Source of the DNA: the human T2T-CHM13v2.0 reference genome, Homo sapiens
DNA: 64,000 nucleotides
Direction: 5' to 3' (one strand)
Assembly: GCF_009914755.1 (NCBI RefSeq)
Contig: NC_060926.1
Shown here piece by piece: positions 46,961-61,985 of the stretch; the stretch's first letter is position 1; each line of letters opens with the position of its first letter. The translations under genes and the position numbers were made by a program. The notes beneath the pieces are model-generated. The model was not told the origin of the DNA and searched no databases. It was given only the letters and a program-made list of their open reading frames with translations.

Positions 46961-47020
46961 CCATACCATACCATACCATACCATACCATACCATACCATA
47001 CCGTACCATACAATACAATA
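46961..47020 (+). repeat. (CCATA)n pentanucleotide microsatellite
   Basis: CCATA x8, CCGTA, CCATA, then CAATA x2. Confidence 0.97.
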
Positions 47021-48372
47021 CTTAGGAATATACCTAACCAAGGAAGCAGAAGATCTCTACAAGGAAAACTACAAGACACTGCTGAAAGAAATCACAGATG
47101 ACACAAACAAATGGAAACATATCCCATGCTCATGGATAGGTAGAATCAATATTGTGAAAGTAACCATAATGCCAAAAGCAGTCTACAAATTCAATGAAAT
47201 TCCCATAAAAATACCACCGTCATTCTTCACAGAACTAGAAAAAGCAATCCTAAAATGTATATGGAACCAAAAAAGAGCCTGCATAGCCAAAGCAAGACTA
47301 AGCAAAAGGAAAAAATCTGGAAATAATACATTACCTGACTTCAAACTATACTGTAAGGCCACAGTCACCAAAACAGCATGGTACTGGTATAAAAATAGGC
47401 ACACAGACCAATGGAACAGAATAGAGAACCCAGAAATAAACCCAAATACTTAACATCCAACTGATCTTTGACACAGCAAAAAAAAACATAAAGTGGGGAA
47501 GGATGTCCTATTCAACAAATGGTGCTGGGATAACTGACAAGCCACATGTAGGAGAATGAAACTGGATCCTCATCCTTCACCTTATATAAAAATCAACTTA
47601 AGATGGATCAAGGACTTAAATCTAAGATCTGAAACATAAACATTCTAGAAGATAACACTGGAAAAACCCTTTAGACATTGGCTTAGGAAAAGACTTCATC
47701 ACCAAGAACCCAGAAGCAAAAGCAATAAAAGCGAAGATAAATAGGTGGGACTTAATTAAAGAGCTTCTGCACAGCAAAAGGAACAGTCAGCAGGGTAAAC
47801 TGACACCCCACAGAGTGGGAGAAAATCTTCACAATCTATACATCCGACAAAGGAATATTATTCAGAATCTACAAGGGACTCAAGCAAATTAGCAAGAAAA
47901 AAACAACTTCATCAAAAAGTGGGCCAAGGACATGAATAGACAATTCTCAAAAGAAGATATACAAATGGTCAACAAACATATTTTAAAAATACTCAACATC
48001 TCTAATGATCAGGGAAATGCAAATCAAAACCACAATGAAATACCAACTTACTTGCGCAAGAATGGCCATAATCAAAAAATCAAAAAATAACAGATGTTGG
48101 CGTGGATGCGGCACAAAGGAAACACTTCTACACTGCTAGTGGGAACGTAAACTAGTACAACCACTATGGTAAACACTGGAGATTCCTTAAAGAACTAAAA
48201 GTAGAACTACAATTTGATCCAGCAATTCCACTACTGAGTACCCAGAGGAAAAGAAGTCACTATACGAAGAAGATACTTGTACACACATTTATAGCAGCAC
48301 AGTTTGCAACTGCAAAAATATGGAACTAGCCCAAATGTCCATGAATCAACAAGTGGATAAGAAATTGTGAGC

Positions 48373-48478
48373 TATCTATCTATCTACACGTATTTTTTAT
48401 ATATATTTATATATATATATTTGAGATATATATATTTGAGATATATATATATTTGATATATATATATATATATATATA
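48373..48478. repeat. Compound (CTAT)n/(TA)n repeat with TTTGAG interruptions
   Basis: Directly visible inside the L1PB 3' region. Confidence 0.95.
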
Positions 48479-49682
48479 AAATAGAATACTACTAACCCAT
48501 AAAAAGAATGAATTAATGGCATTCACAGCAACCTGAATGGAAATTTAAAAATGCAATCCGGAGACTAAATCAAGCAGAAGAAAGACTTCTGAACTTGAAA
48601 AGATGTCTTTTGAAATAGCCAGTCAAACAAACAAACACTCAACCAAAAAGGAATGAACAAAGCCTACGTGATATATGGGACATCATTATACAACCAAATA
48701 TTCAAATTTTGGGTTTTCCAGAAGGAAAATAAATGGGCAAAGGCATAGAAAACTTATCCCTATCCCCCAAAAAAAGCTGAAATTTCCCACATCTTTCAAG
48801 AGATAAATAGACATCCACATATAGGAAGCTCAAAGATCCCCAAAAAGATTCAGCCCAAAATGGTATTGTCCAAGGCACATTATAGTCAAACTTGTAAAGT
48901 CAATGACAAAGAGAAAATTCTAAAAACAGCAGTAGAAAAGCATCAAGTCATATATAAAAGACTCCCATCAAACTAACAGTGGATTTCTCAGTGGTAATCT
49001 CACGGGCCAAGAGAGAATGGGATGACATATTCAAATGTTGAAAGAAAAAACAAAACTGTCAGCCAAGAATACTACACTCAACACAAAGCTATCCTTTCCA
49101 AATGAAGGAAAAATAAGGTATTTCCCAGATAAACAAAAACTGAGGGAATTTATCATCACTAGACTGGCCCTACAAGAAACACATAAGGAAATGCTATATC
49201 TGGGTGATATATGCCATCACAAAAAGACATGAAAGCATAAAACACTGGTAGAGCAGACACAAAAATGAGAAGGAGAAAAAATTCAAATTTAAGGAGAAAA
49301 TATACAAACACACACACACACACAAAAACAAACAGTAAAAGGAGAAGAAATGAAGGATATTCAAAACAACCAGAACACAATTAATAAAAAGGCAGAAATA
49401 AGTCCTCACCTATAAATAATAATTTTGAATGTAAACAGATTAAATCCCCCCAATTAAAAAATATAGACTTGGTTAAATAGATTAAAAACAAGACCCAACT
49501 ACATGATGTCTTCAAGAAACCCACCTCACTTGTAAAGGCACATATAGACTGAAAGTGAAGGGATAAAAAAAGATATTCCATGCAAATAAAAACCAAAAGC
49601 AAACAGAGGTAGCTATACTTCTATCAGATAAAACAGACATTAAGCCAAAAACTGTAAAAAGAGACCACAAAAGGTCAGTATA

Positions 49683-49912
49683 CTGTGCTCCCTCAGTATA
49701 CATGGAAGATTGGTTCCAAGACCCCAGTCTAAACCAAAATACATAGATACTCAATACCACAGTTCGTCCTGTGAAACCCACAGATACAAAAAGTAGGCCC
49801 TCTATATACTCAGTTTTGCATCCCACAAATACTGTATTTTTGTTGTTGTTGTTGTTCACGTGTGGTTGAAAAAATCATGCAGTTCACACCTGTGATGTGC
49901 AAGGTCAACTGT
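49683..49912. mobile_element. Tigger-derived insertion inside the host L1 ORF2
   Basis: ccctcagtatacatggaagattggttccaagaccc...aaggtcaactg|ta interrupts the L1 endonuclease sequence. Confidence 0.7.
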
Positions 49913-52299
49913 ATAATCATAAAGGAAGAGAGAATATCATGATTCTAGATATATATGCACCCAACACTGGAGCATTTTTATACAAAGCAAATATTATTAA
50001 ACCTAAAGAGACAAATAGACTCCAACACAATAACAGTTGGGGACTTCAACATCCTACTCTTAGCACTGAACAGATCATCTAGACAGAAAAATCCAAGAAA
50101 CATTGGATTTAAAATGTACTTTAGACCAAATGGACCTAACAGGCACTTACAGAACATTTTATCCAACAGCTACAGACTACACATTATTCTCATCAGCACA
50201 TGAATAGACCATATGTTAGGCCACAAAACAAGTCTCAACAAGTGGAATAAAACTAGAAATCAGTAACAAGAGAAACTCTGGAAACTGTACAAACACATGG
50301 AAATTCAAAAACACACTCCTGAACAACCACTGGGTCAATGAAGAAATTAAGAAGGAAATAAAAAAAATTCTTGAAACAAATAAAAACGGAAACATAACAT
50401 ACCAAAGTCAATCGGATACAACAAAAGAATTGGTAACAGGGAAGTCTGTAACAATAAATACCTACATCAGAAAAGCTGAAAGATTCCAAATAAAGAATCT
50501 AAAGATGGGCCTCAAGGAACTAGAAAAGCAAGAACAAACCAAACCCAAAATTAATAGAATAAGAAAGGTCATAGCAAAACTAAACAAAATAGAGACCAAA
50601 AAGTAATCATACAAAGGATTAATGAAATAAAAAGTTAGTTTGTTGGAAAGGTAAAGAAAACTGATAAACTGTTAACTACACTAACCAAGAAACAAGGAGA
50701 GAAGACTCAAATAAATAAAATCAGAAACAAAAAAGAAGACATTACAGCTGATACCACAAGAATACAAAAATCATCAGAGATTATTACAAACAAATTGGAA
50801 AACCTAGAGGAAATGGATATAATCTACCAAGATGGAACCAAAAGAAAATTTAAAATCTGAACAGACCATGAATAACAAGATGGAGTCGGTAATAAAAAGT
50901 ATTCCCACAAAGAAAACCTCAGGATTGGATGGCTTTACTGCTGAATTCTTCCAAACTTAAATAGAACTTCTTCTTGAACTATTCCAAAAAATTGAAGAGG
51001 ACTGAATTGTCCCTAACTCATTCTGAGTCCAGAATCACCCTGATACCAAACGAGACAAGGAAACCACAACAAAAAAAGAAAACTACAGGCCAATATCCTT
51101 AATGAACACAGATGCAAAAATCTTAAACACAATACAAGCAAACTGAATCCAACAACACATAAAAAAGATAACACATCATGATTAAGTGGGATTTATTCTT
51201 GGGATGCAAGGAAGGTTCAACACATGCAAATTAATTAATGCGATACATCACATCAACAGAATCAAAGACAAAAACCTCATGATCATCTCAATATATGCAG
51301 AAAAAGTTCTGTGTCTATTCAACATCCCTTCATGATATAAACTCTCAACAAAGCAGGTACAGAAGGAATATACATACTTCAACATAATAAGGGCCATATG
51401 CAACAAACTCACAGGTAAATTTATACTGAATGGGGAAAAGCTGAAAGCCTTTTCTCTAAGAACTGGAACAAAGACAAGAATGCCTACTTTCACCATTCTT
51501 ATTCAAAATAGTACTAGAAGTCCTAGGCAGAGCAATCAAGCAAGACAAAGAAATAAAATACATTCAATGTGGAAAAAGGGAAGTCAAATTGTCCCTCTTT
51601 GCAGGTGACATAATCTTTTATCTAGAAAGATAAATACAGCCAGTTATCACTCATATGTGGGAGCTAAAAAAGTTGATCTCATGGTGGTAGAGAGTAGAAT
51701 CATAGTTACCAGAAGCTGAGAAGGTTGGGGAATAGGGGTGAGGATAGCAGTGGGATGAAGAGACGTTGGTTAATGGCTATAAACATAAGAGCTGGATGGA
51801 AAAAATAGGTTCTAATGTTCAATAGCACAGTAGCATGACTATAGTTGACAATAATATACTATGTATTTCAAAATAGCTAGAAGAGACTATTTGAAATGTT
51901 CCCAACACAAAGATAAAAGTTCAGGGTGATGTACAGCCTAAATGTCCTGATTTGAGCACTACATATTACATACATTTATCAAAATATCACATGTACCCCA
52001 TAAACGCAAGTATTACGTATCAATTTTAAAAATTTAAAAGAAAAGAAATCTGGAACAAATCCAAAGAAAAACCAAGGAATGGCTGGTCTCTTCCAGAAAT
52101 ACTGGTTTTCAACCATCACTTACTGTGGTATATTTCAAACATAAAAGCCATTACACTCCATCTACCAGCCATAAATCAAATATGAATGCCTATAACTCGA
52201 CACGTACGATTCAAAGAACAATGTGAATTTCAATAGTCCCTTCAGCCCTTTTAAAGGTAGCTGGATCAAGAGAACTTGGATTAAGACAATATTATATTA

Positions 52300-52554
<255 letters not shown>

Positions 52555-53601
52555 TCATAAGAGGCTGCTGAAGGATTTTAAACCAACCCCAATCAAAAGT
52601 GCCCTCTTGTGGATCCAGGGTCACTGTTGCAATACACTCAGAATGATCCCTAGAATGCCCTTTGTGATTATTTCCGGGGTGAGAGCAGAAAAGGGACTAA
52701 ATGTCAGAAACATTCTAAGGCTATCAGGTTAATATATGAACCTCAAAGAGACAAAAAGTTTTGGGTAAATTGTAGACCAATGCACTAAACCAATGTGGCC
52801 TGTGTTTGAGGTCCACAGGAAAACAGGCTCACATGTTAAATGTGAGCCTCTAAGTGGCTTAACAAGAAGCAAATTAAGCTCTCAAGCTCCACCACTGCTC
52901 TCACTAGTCTCCAAACACAAATTTCCAACAGTGTGAGATAGAGCATTTAAAGTAATTTATCACTACATAAAGGGCAGATTGCTATAAGCACTGCTTTATT
53001 CCTAAAGGAAGAGCTGCTTATCTGAGCAGTAATGCTGACCAAACCCACAGGCCTTTTCTCTAGAATCATGGAAACAGACAGCATTTAACTGGACCTCAAT
53101 TGAAAGCACAACTCTCAGGTTAAATGGCTTTCAAATGCTTTCTTAAACCATGACTCATTCCAGAATTCCTCAGTCAATTAGGGAGACAGGCTTTCTTCAC
53201 TGGCCAGTGGGGAGACACATACATGCATGCTTTATTTGTGGATGATTTTATGTTACTGATGCATATGCAGACTGACTGAAAATGATTCCTATAACATTTG
53301 TTGTAATGAAAAGTGCCAAATTGGAGCAAGCAGTCCCTGTAAACCACTGCAATGCAAATATCCCTTGTTGATCTCTCAAGCCATCTACAGAGAATGCTTC
53401 ACCTTCCACTCCACGGCTTTGAATGTGGGGGATGACAATTTCATATAACATCAGGGAGCTAGCACACCTTATCTCATCCTTAATAATTAGCAAAGATACT
53501 GGCAACTGCATTACACTAAAACAGACAGGTTCCTCTTTCACCTATTTTTATAATCAACCCCAAGATTCTATGGACACTGTGAACATTTCCCAAATCCTAT
53601 G

Positions 53602-53911
53602 CAATAGTCCCCCCACTTATCCTTCAGTTACCCGCAGTCAACTACAGTCCAAAAATAGGTAAGTACAGTACAATTAAGTATTTTGAGAGAGATACCATAT
53701 TCACATAAATTTTATTATAGCATACTGCTATCATTGTTCCATTTTAGTGTTACTAATGTTCATCTTTTACTGTAGCTAATCTATAAATTAAACTATAATA
53801 GGTATGTAATAGGAAAAAACATAGTATATATAGAATCTGGTACTATCCTGAGTTTCAGGAATCCACTGGGAGTATTGGAAGGTATTTCTCAGGGAAAAGA
53901 GGGGACTACTG
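53602..53911. mobile_element. MER44-like (Tigger7) MITE
   Basis: Terminal inverted repeats caatagtcccccc / ggggactactg, followed by TA. Confidence 0.8.
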
Positions 53912-54059
53912 TATGCCCCTCCACCATTTGCAGAACCAAACAGTCAAAATATCAGAATATTTAAAAGGTGCAGGTTAAATAGAACATGGAGATATTCTGA
54001 AGATGGGAGAAGCTTCAAAGAACTTGTGGACATATTTTAAAGCCACCACTGCTAGGATC

Positions 54060-54495
54060 TCCAGGTGAGGCATAATTCCCCATCCCTTGAGTGTATGCTG
54101 GACTATTGAATAGACTATGGCATAAGTGACAGTGGGTATCTTCACAGTTAGGATATAACAGATGTTATAAAATTATAAAAGGCTTCCTGTTTGTCCCTCT
54201 CAGCTCACCATGCACCATGTTATAAAGACACTCAAGCAACCCTGTGGAGAGGTCCCCCTGCAAGGAGCTGAGACCTGCCGCCAATCATGGCTTTAAGTGT
54301 GTCCTCACAGAGTTGGAAACTCCAGCTCTGGTTGAGCGTTCAGATGATTGCAACCTCCACGAGACCCTGAGCCAGAACCACACCGCTAAGTCATTCCAAG
54401 ATTCCTGACTCTCAAGAGACTGTGTGAGATAACAAATCTGTGTTGTTTTAAGATGCTAAATTTTACAGGTGATTTGTTCTTAGTAATAAGTAATT
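54060..54495 (+). mobile_element. MLT1-type LTR relic
   Basis: gagaccctgagccagaaccac...gctaag...gattcctgac...tgtgagataacaaat...tgttgttttaag. Confidence 0.7.
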
Positions 54496-54869
54496 TTTAC
54501 ACTAAAGATGACAAAACAACCGGATGCAATTTGTAAACTTTGGCTGAGTTCCTCTTTGAAAAAACTGAAAACATCTGAAAATGAATATAAAATGATACTA
54601 GAGAATTATCAATAATCTGTAGATATGAAAAACTGATTATGAAGAAGATGCATTTTTAAGTATTTTCAAGGGATGAATTTTGAAGTATTGAGGGGTAAAG
54701 TGTTGTGATGCCTGTAACACTTTATTTTCAAATGGATTGGCAAAAATATACACATGGTCACAGATTGATAAAGCAAACATCACAAAGTTTTAACAATTAT
54801 TGAATCTAGGTGTTCGGGATTTAAGTGATCATTATAACATTTGAATTTTTTAATAATAAAAAGAAAAAC

Positions 54870-55142
54870 AGACGAGGCACAGTGGCTCACATCTGTAATC
54901 TCAACATTTTGGGAGGCCGAGATGGGATTGTCACTTGAGCTCAGGTGTTCAAGATCAGCCTGAGCAACATAGTGAGACCTCATTTCTACTAAGAACAAAA
55001 AAAAGTTAGCCAGGTGTGGTGGTACACACCTGTAGTCCCAGCTGTTTTGGAACGCTGAGGCAGGAAGATTGCTTAAGCCCAGTAGATCGAGGCTGCAGTG
55101 ACCTATGATCAGCCTGGGCAACAGAATAAGATCCTCTCTCAA
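54870..55142 (+). mobile_element. AluJ, antisense to ACVR1
   Basis: Diverged dimeric Alu with a small right-arm deletion. Confidence 0.88.
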
Positions 55143-55626
55143 TCAATTAATCAATATAATACTGATCTTTTTGCAGGATTAATCATAGAACACTATTTCT
55201 AATACATGATCCTTAATTGCTAGGTATATACTGGTAAGTTATATACAAATTATGGTCTTATAAGAGTTGTTTCCTGCACTGCATTGTTTTACCATATCCT
55301 GAATAATAACGCCTTAACAGATTTTTATACAAACCCATATATCTAATTGGAAGGTTACAAGCCAAAAGAAATGTAGTTGAAGAATTAATTAGCTGGACTT
55401 ACTGCAAAGTTCCCCTCAACTCCTTCCCTACCAAGTCCCATAAACCAAAACCAAGAGCCACCTCAATTTGTCCACCCTCCCCAGACCACTGGATTATAAC
55501 AGAAGCTACAACTTGAATCCTTATTGTTTACCAGACATTTATAATACTTCTGGGCCTTACCAGAATCCGGTGAGGTGGGCTTATTTTTTAGTTACATGAG
55601 TAATATATGATCACACTATATATATA

Positions 55627-55941
55627 TTTTTTTTTAGACGAAGTCTCGCTCTGTCGCCCAGGCTGGAGTGCAATAGCGCGACCTCGGCTCACTGCAACCT
55701 CCGCCTCCTGGGTTCAAGCAATTCTGCTGCCTCAGCCTCCCCAGTAGCTGAGATTCCAGACGCACGCTACCACGCCCGGCTATTATTATTATTTTTCTTT
55801 TTTTTTTTTTTTTGTATTTTTAGTAGAGATGGGGTTTCATCACGTTCGCCAGGCTCATCTTGAACTCCTGACCTCAAGTGATCCTTCCGCCTCGGCCTCC
55901 CAAAGTGCTGGGATTACAAGCGTGAGCCACCGCGCCCGGCC
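55627..55941 (-). mobile_element. AluS, sense to ACVR1
   Basis: Dimeric Alu with expanded middle A tract, TSD gatcacact. Confidence 0.95.
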
Positions 55942-56039
55942 ACGATCACACTGTTATGCAAGTTTCTAACAACGCAGAAGTACAGGGCACAGCGTCAAGC
56001 CCTGGAGTTCCTCTTGGCTAACTCCCAACCCCATCCGCC

Positions 56040-56215
56040 TTCGCCCTCACTGTCCCTGTCTCACTGAGTGAAAGCAGTGTCAGCACTTGGGCCAGGTAAA
56101 TAGATAAATAGACTTGCACAAAAATACAGGGTAATTGAGAAAGCCAGAATTTAAACCCAAATCGCCCTGGCTCTAAGAGCCATGGAATAAGCCATAAAAG
56201 TCCTCTACACCACAA
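56040..56215 (-). mobile_element. MIR relic
   Basis: gacttgcacaa...agccagaatttaaaccca...ctggctct...ctacaccaca. Confidence 0.55.
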
Positions 56216-57226
56216 CTAAAAATGCCTGCAAAAAACTTTAGGGCCATGCTCTTTCAATGCTTATCCTAAAATCTTTCGTCTCCTACTTGGGAAACATTGT
56301 AATTTCTCAATGTAAAAGCAAAGACTTTAAAGGGATTCAAAGGAAATAAATTTTCCTAACATGTCAAATCCCTTATGTTTAAAAACAAACAAAAATAAAC
56401 TTTGTTATTTACATAACTAAAGCTATTTTTGTCTAAACCTTTATCAGGCTAACAATAATTGCAATAATATAAATATCATATAAACCATGTTTAATCAAGT
56501 AGAGGGCCCTGAATTCTCATTAGCACAATTATTTAGCCAATATTCTAGGAATCCAGGAAGAACATGGTTTTATATAAAATGCCACTATAAATGAAAATAC
56601 TCTTATTTATAATGCAACTAAAGCTACACTGAGTACTACTCTAACACCATAAGAATGAGCTATCCTAACAGGGAAAAGAGTGAATCAGTTCGGGGATTAT
56701 TTTCCTATTTCTTAACTTGATTCTTTTGCCTTGGTTACAGAATGATTTTAGAGACCACTTTTAAGATAAACTAATTCTATAGAGTATTTATTGTGCACCT
56801 ACTTTATGTGAAGGTTAGTGAAACCAAAATGCAACAGTACTGGTTACTTCTGAGGTGGGGTGTGGCAGGGACTGACTGAATGAGCCTGAGGTAACTGTCA
56901 AGAGTAATGGGAAACTCTGTATCTCGACAGGGATTTGGGTTTTACAACATTTGTCAAAACTCTTAAGATTTGTATATCTCACAGTATATAAATTTTACCT
57001 GAAAAAAAGAAAAAGCAAATAATGCATTCTTGTCAATGATATACTAGTGTACATGCTGAAATCATCAGAAGAAAGAATTCCTTTGTCTGCAATTTACTTT
57101 CAACTCTATCAAAGGTTGATATGGACTGATGGATGGGGAGATGAATAGATGAATAAATACATAATAATGCTTAAGGATAGTAAAATGTTAATGTGAGAAT
57201 CTATGTGGTGGGTATAAAGGTGTTCA

Positions 57227-57718
<492 letters not shown>

Positions 57719-58440
57719 TCATCTGTAACAAAAAGTAATTAAACTGACCAATTGCCCTAAGAGGAGGTTTACAGAAGCATCAACAGAGAAAAATAATAGC
57801 ATTTATTCCTTAAAAGGGCACTGCTAATAGGAAAATTTCATATTCATTTCATTATAAGTAATACTTTAAAAGATATTTTACATTCCTTAAGTTTCAGATA
57901 GCAATAATATCTTTGTGCTCACCCATAATGATAGTGCCAAGCCCTTCAGCATGTTGATATTTTAGGAACAGACCATTCATCAACCATCCTAAAAGAACAT
58001 CAAATCTAAAACCTGAGTACTGTATTCTAGTCCTGACTCTGCCTGTGATTTACTTGTCTAATACTGGGCAACTCAGTTAGGCTCCTTAGCCTATATCTGC
58101 TCAGATGTAAAATAAAGGGGGCAAGTTTACATTAAATGATTGACTGATTCACGAAATAAAAAAAGAAACCAACCAAATATATGAGTATTTATGATGCTAT
58201 CTGTCAGTCACACACAGAAAAACCAAGATGATAGTGTTTGCTGGCTAAAGAAGACAGATGTAAAAACGAAAACACTACAATAAAATACGAAAAGTACTAT
58301 AATATATATCTTCAAAGGGCAACATGAGCCCAGAGCAGGAAATTATAGTAATTCAGACTAGGTGTTACAATAGGCTTCCATTAGGAAGTGGCAACTCAAC
58401 TGGTCTTGAAGTAAAGTGAGTGACTGACAAATGTGGATGA

Positions 58441-58767
<327 letters not shown>

Positions 58768-59059
58768 CGGAAGAGATTTTTCTAGACATCTGGAGGGAAC
58801 TTTTGAGCATGCAGAAGACTGTCTGGAAGTTAGGGGCACTTCCTATCTTATGAAATAAATTGTGACGTGTGCTTGCCTTTTCTGCTACAGAGGTGCCTTT
58901 CTAGGATTATTCTCACATATATGAACCACGCTGGTAGACAGTGAAGTTTGGGACTTAAAAAGAGGTGAGAAAAAAAATTTTTTAAGACGGATATGGCTTG
59001 AGGAAGAATTAAATGACTTATGAAAATGTAAGAGAAAATACATTAAAATGCTTTATACT

Positions 59060-59480
59060 TGCATAGTACTTTATATAAAATTTATGTCACTTTCACATAT
59101 ATTTTCTCATGAGATTTTTCCCAACAAGCTGGTAAGAAAGACATCATTATGCTCATTTTACAGATAATAAAGTTGGTGCTGGGAGATGCCAAGGATCACA
59201 CAGCTATTTAAGTTGCTATCAACTCTGAATTTAGTGCTAGCTGTCCTGATACCTTGCATAGGAAGGCTCTGTGAGCCAAGAAAGGTCCCCTATTTGATCA
59301 TCATCATCATCGGCAACCACAACAGAGGCAGCTAATAATTATTGAGTACTACATGCCTGGAACTTTATATGCAATCCTCCAAAAACCACATGAAGTAAGT
59401 AGATCGCATAATTGATATTAGGTTCCTGTAGGTCTGATTCTAGAACCCAGACTCTTACTGACTATGCCATACTGTCCCCA
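59060..59480 (-). mobile_element. MIR fragments
   Basis: cattttacagat...ccaaggatcacacagcta and aatttattgagtactacatgcc motifs. Confidence 0.6.
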
Positions 59481-60149
59481 AACAAACTGATTTCTACTCA
59501 GAGAAAAAATAATTTCACATTTTCACCTATGGGACATATGCAAAGCAAACTGAATAATATTTTAGCACCTTCACCCTCTACTTCTTTCTCTCTCTTCCTC
59601 TAAGCCTATTCCCATGGCCAGCCCTGAGTCTCCCACTCCTTCCCTGCTCCCCAGTCTGCTTTTCCCCTCGATGCTGCTTCTCTTGGAGCCCTTAGCTGGC
59701 CACAATATGCATCAAAATGTGTTCTTGGACATTAGTTATTCTTAATAAAGAAAATGTTTCTGCTTTAACAGTTTGAACCAAATAATACTAATCTTTAATG
59801 ATTTTCTTAAAAAATACCCCAAACTCTAACAGCACCACTCAAAAGAAATTAAATTACTGTTATATATCTGTGTAGCCTCTACTGATTTCCTCTCCCAAGA
59901 AAAAGGAGCTTCTGATTAAATAAATAAATAATAAACGAATACATTTTTATTATCTCACCTTCACTAAGCCCCTTAGGTCTTAGGGAAGAAGTTTATCTGT
60001 CCCATTAATTATGCTCTAGACCATCAGGAAAAAAATTACTTTTAAATAAGCAGGGTTTTCTTTTTAACTGTTTATCTCTTAAGCGTGAATTATATAACTA
60101 CCTTTGCTTCATGATTCTAGAGTACTTTTATAGAATGTTTGTGTTTTGA

Positions 60150-60360
60150 GTACAAAACTGTGGTTAAGAGTTAGGCTGCCTGATGTAATTTCCACCTCCA
60201 CTATTTAACCTCTCTGTATATTGGTTACCTCAACATTTAAAACTGGGAAAATGAGAGTACCTATTCTCTTATGGTCATGGTGAAGATTCTGTAACAAAAT
60301 GCACATAATGCACCTGTGGTTACCGCGTAGTAATGATCCATTGCATGTTTATTGTTACTA
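60150..60360 (+). mobile_element. MIR fragment
   Basis: gtggttaagag...ttaacctctctg...aaactggg...gtgaagatt. Confidence 0.55.
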
Positions 60361-61766
60361 CTGTTGCTATTCTTGTTACACAGAGACGTTTAACTGCAAC
60401 ACAAGGCAGTGTGTGGTAAGAGTTAGAGCAGAGGTACAAAGTCGGGGAATGCAGAAAAGCACAATTAATTCCACTGGGCAAAACTAAAAGGGGCCAAGAG
60501 GTTTTGACGGAGGAAGGAATGGTTGGAGGATGTGAAAAGGATAGTGAGTGATCAAGAGCAACCTGAGAAAGGACAGTGAGACCTAAATGTTTGTGGCGAT
60601 CTCAAGGAATGGTCAGTATTAGTAGTAACTGAATGGGGCATACTTGTAAAGGATGGTTAAGTGATTCCTGGGAGCCCCAAACCAGGGAGTCTTGAATACC
60701 AGTCACAAGTGTTGCAGGAAATTTGGGAGCCATCAAAGACACTGAACAGAATGATCTCTGCTCCCCAGTGGAAGACAACTCCAAGTGGAGAGATGAATTG
60801 GAAAGGGAAAGCTGACAGCTGAGGTGAGGAGGATTAAGTGATGACTAGGACCCGATGGGTAAGCAAAAGTGAGAAATCAACTACAGAAACTGAAAAAATT
60901 TTGAGATGGAACATCACCACCACACCACGGAAGCAAAGCTTTGAAGCTTTGGACAACTGTCAAATCATTATTTGCAGACAACTTGACTCATTTAAATACT
61001 AAATTGGCAGTGCTAAAATAGAAATAAATTTTGGCAATGGCCTTCCTATGAGCCAGACCTAATCCAATAGCCATAAGGTGGCCAACACTATCCTATACAG
61101 AGTTAAATTCTATATAAACTTTATATCCACTATTGAAGAAGCACTCCAGGCAGCATTCACCATACATGTATCAGTATAAACACACTTAGAGAAACTTTTC
61201 AAAAATACAGAAGTCAATGGGCCTAAGGAGTGTGCTCACCCTTTATACTGCCATAGCAGTATTTCAACGGGCACTTTACATATTTCACAAATGTTGCTAA
61301 GCTTTAGTTTCTAAATTAAAATGTATCCTGAATCCCTCTGCAAATCTGGGTTTTAAAAATGATGCCTAGTTTGAGGGAATGTGCATTTAATTACGATATC
61401 CCTGGGAGCTGTGAATCTCTAGGAAATAGTCCAAAGATCTTTCTTAGTTTGATTCAAGTAATAAATATTCAAAAAGGGTGGGGTGAGTAGAACAACCAAT
61501 GAGCCTTGAAGTGAACAATATGGGGCAAATTTTTGTTATTTAAATAACGATCTGCAGATGTAGGAATAAGAATTAGCACTAGTGGATTTCCTTTTCATCA
61601 TCCAGAGAGTCTTAAACTTATTTGCAGATTTAAATAAGAAACTGGTGTTTGAGAAAATTAAACAGCATATAAATGCTAAGGATCCCTATATTGCTTTTTA
61701 GGAGACACTCTCGAATTCACATTCACCAAAACGGAGAGAGCAAAGGCAGACAATTGTTTCTCCCTA

Positions 61767-61985
<219 letters not shown>

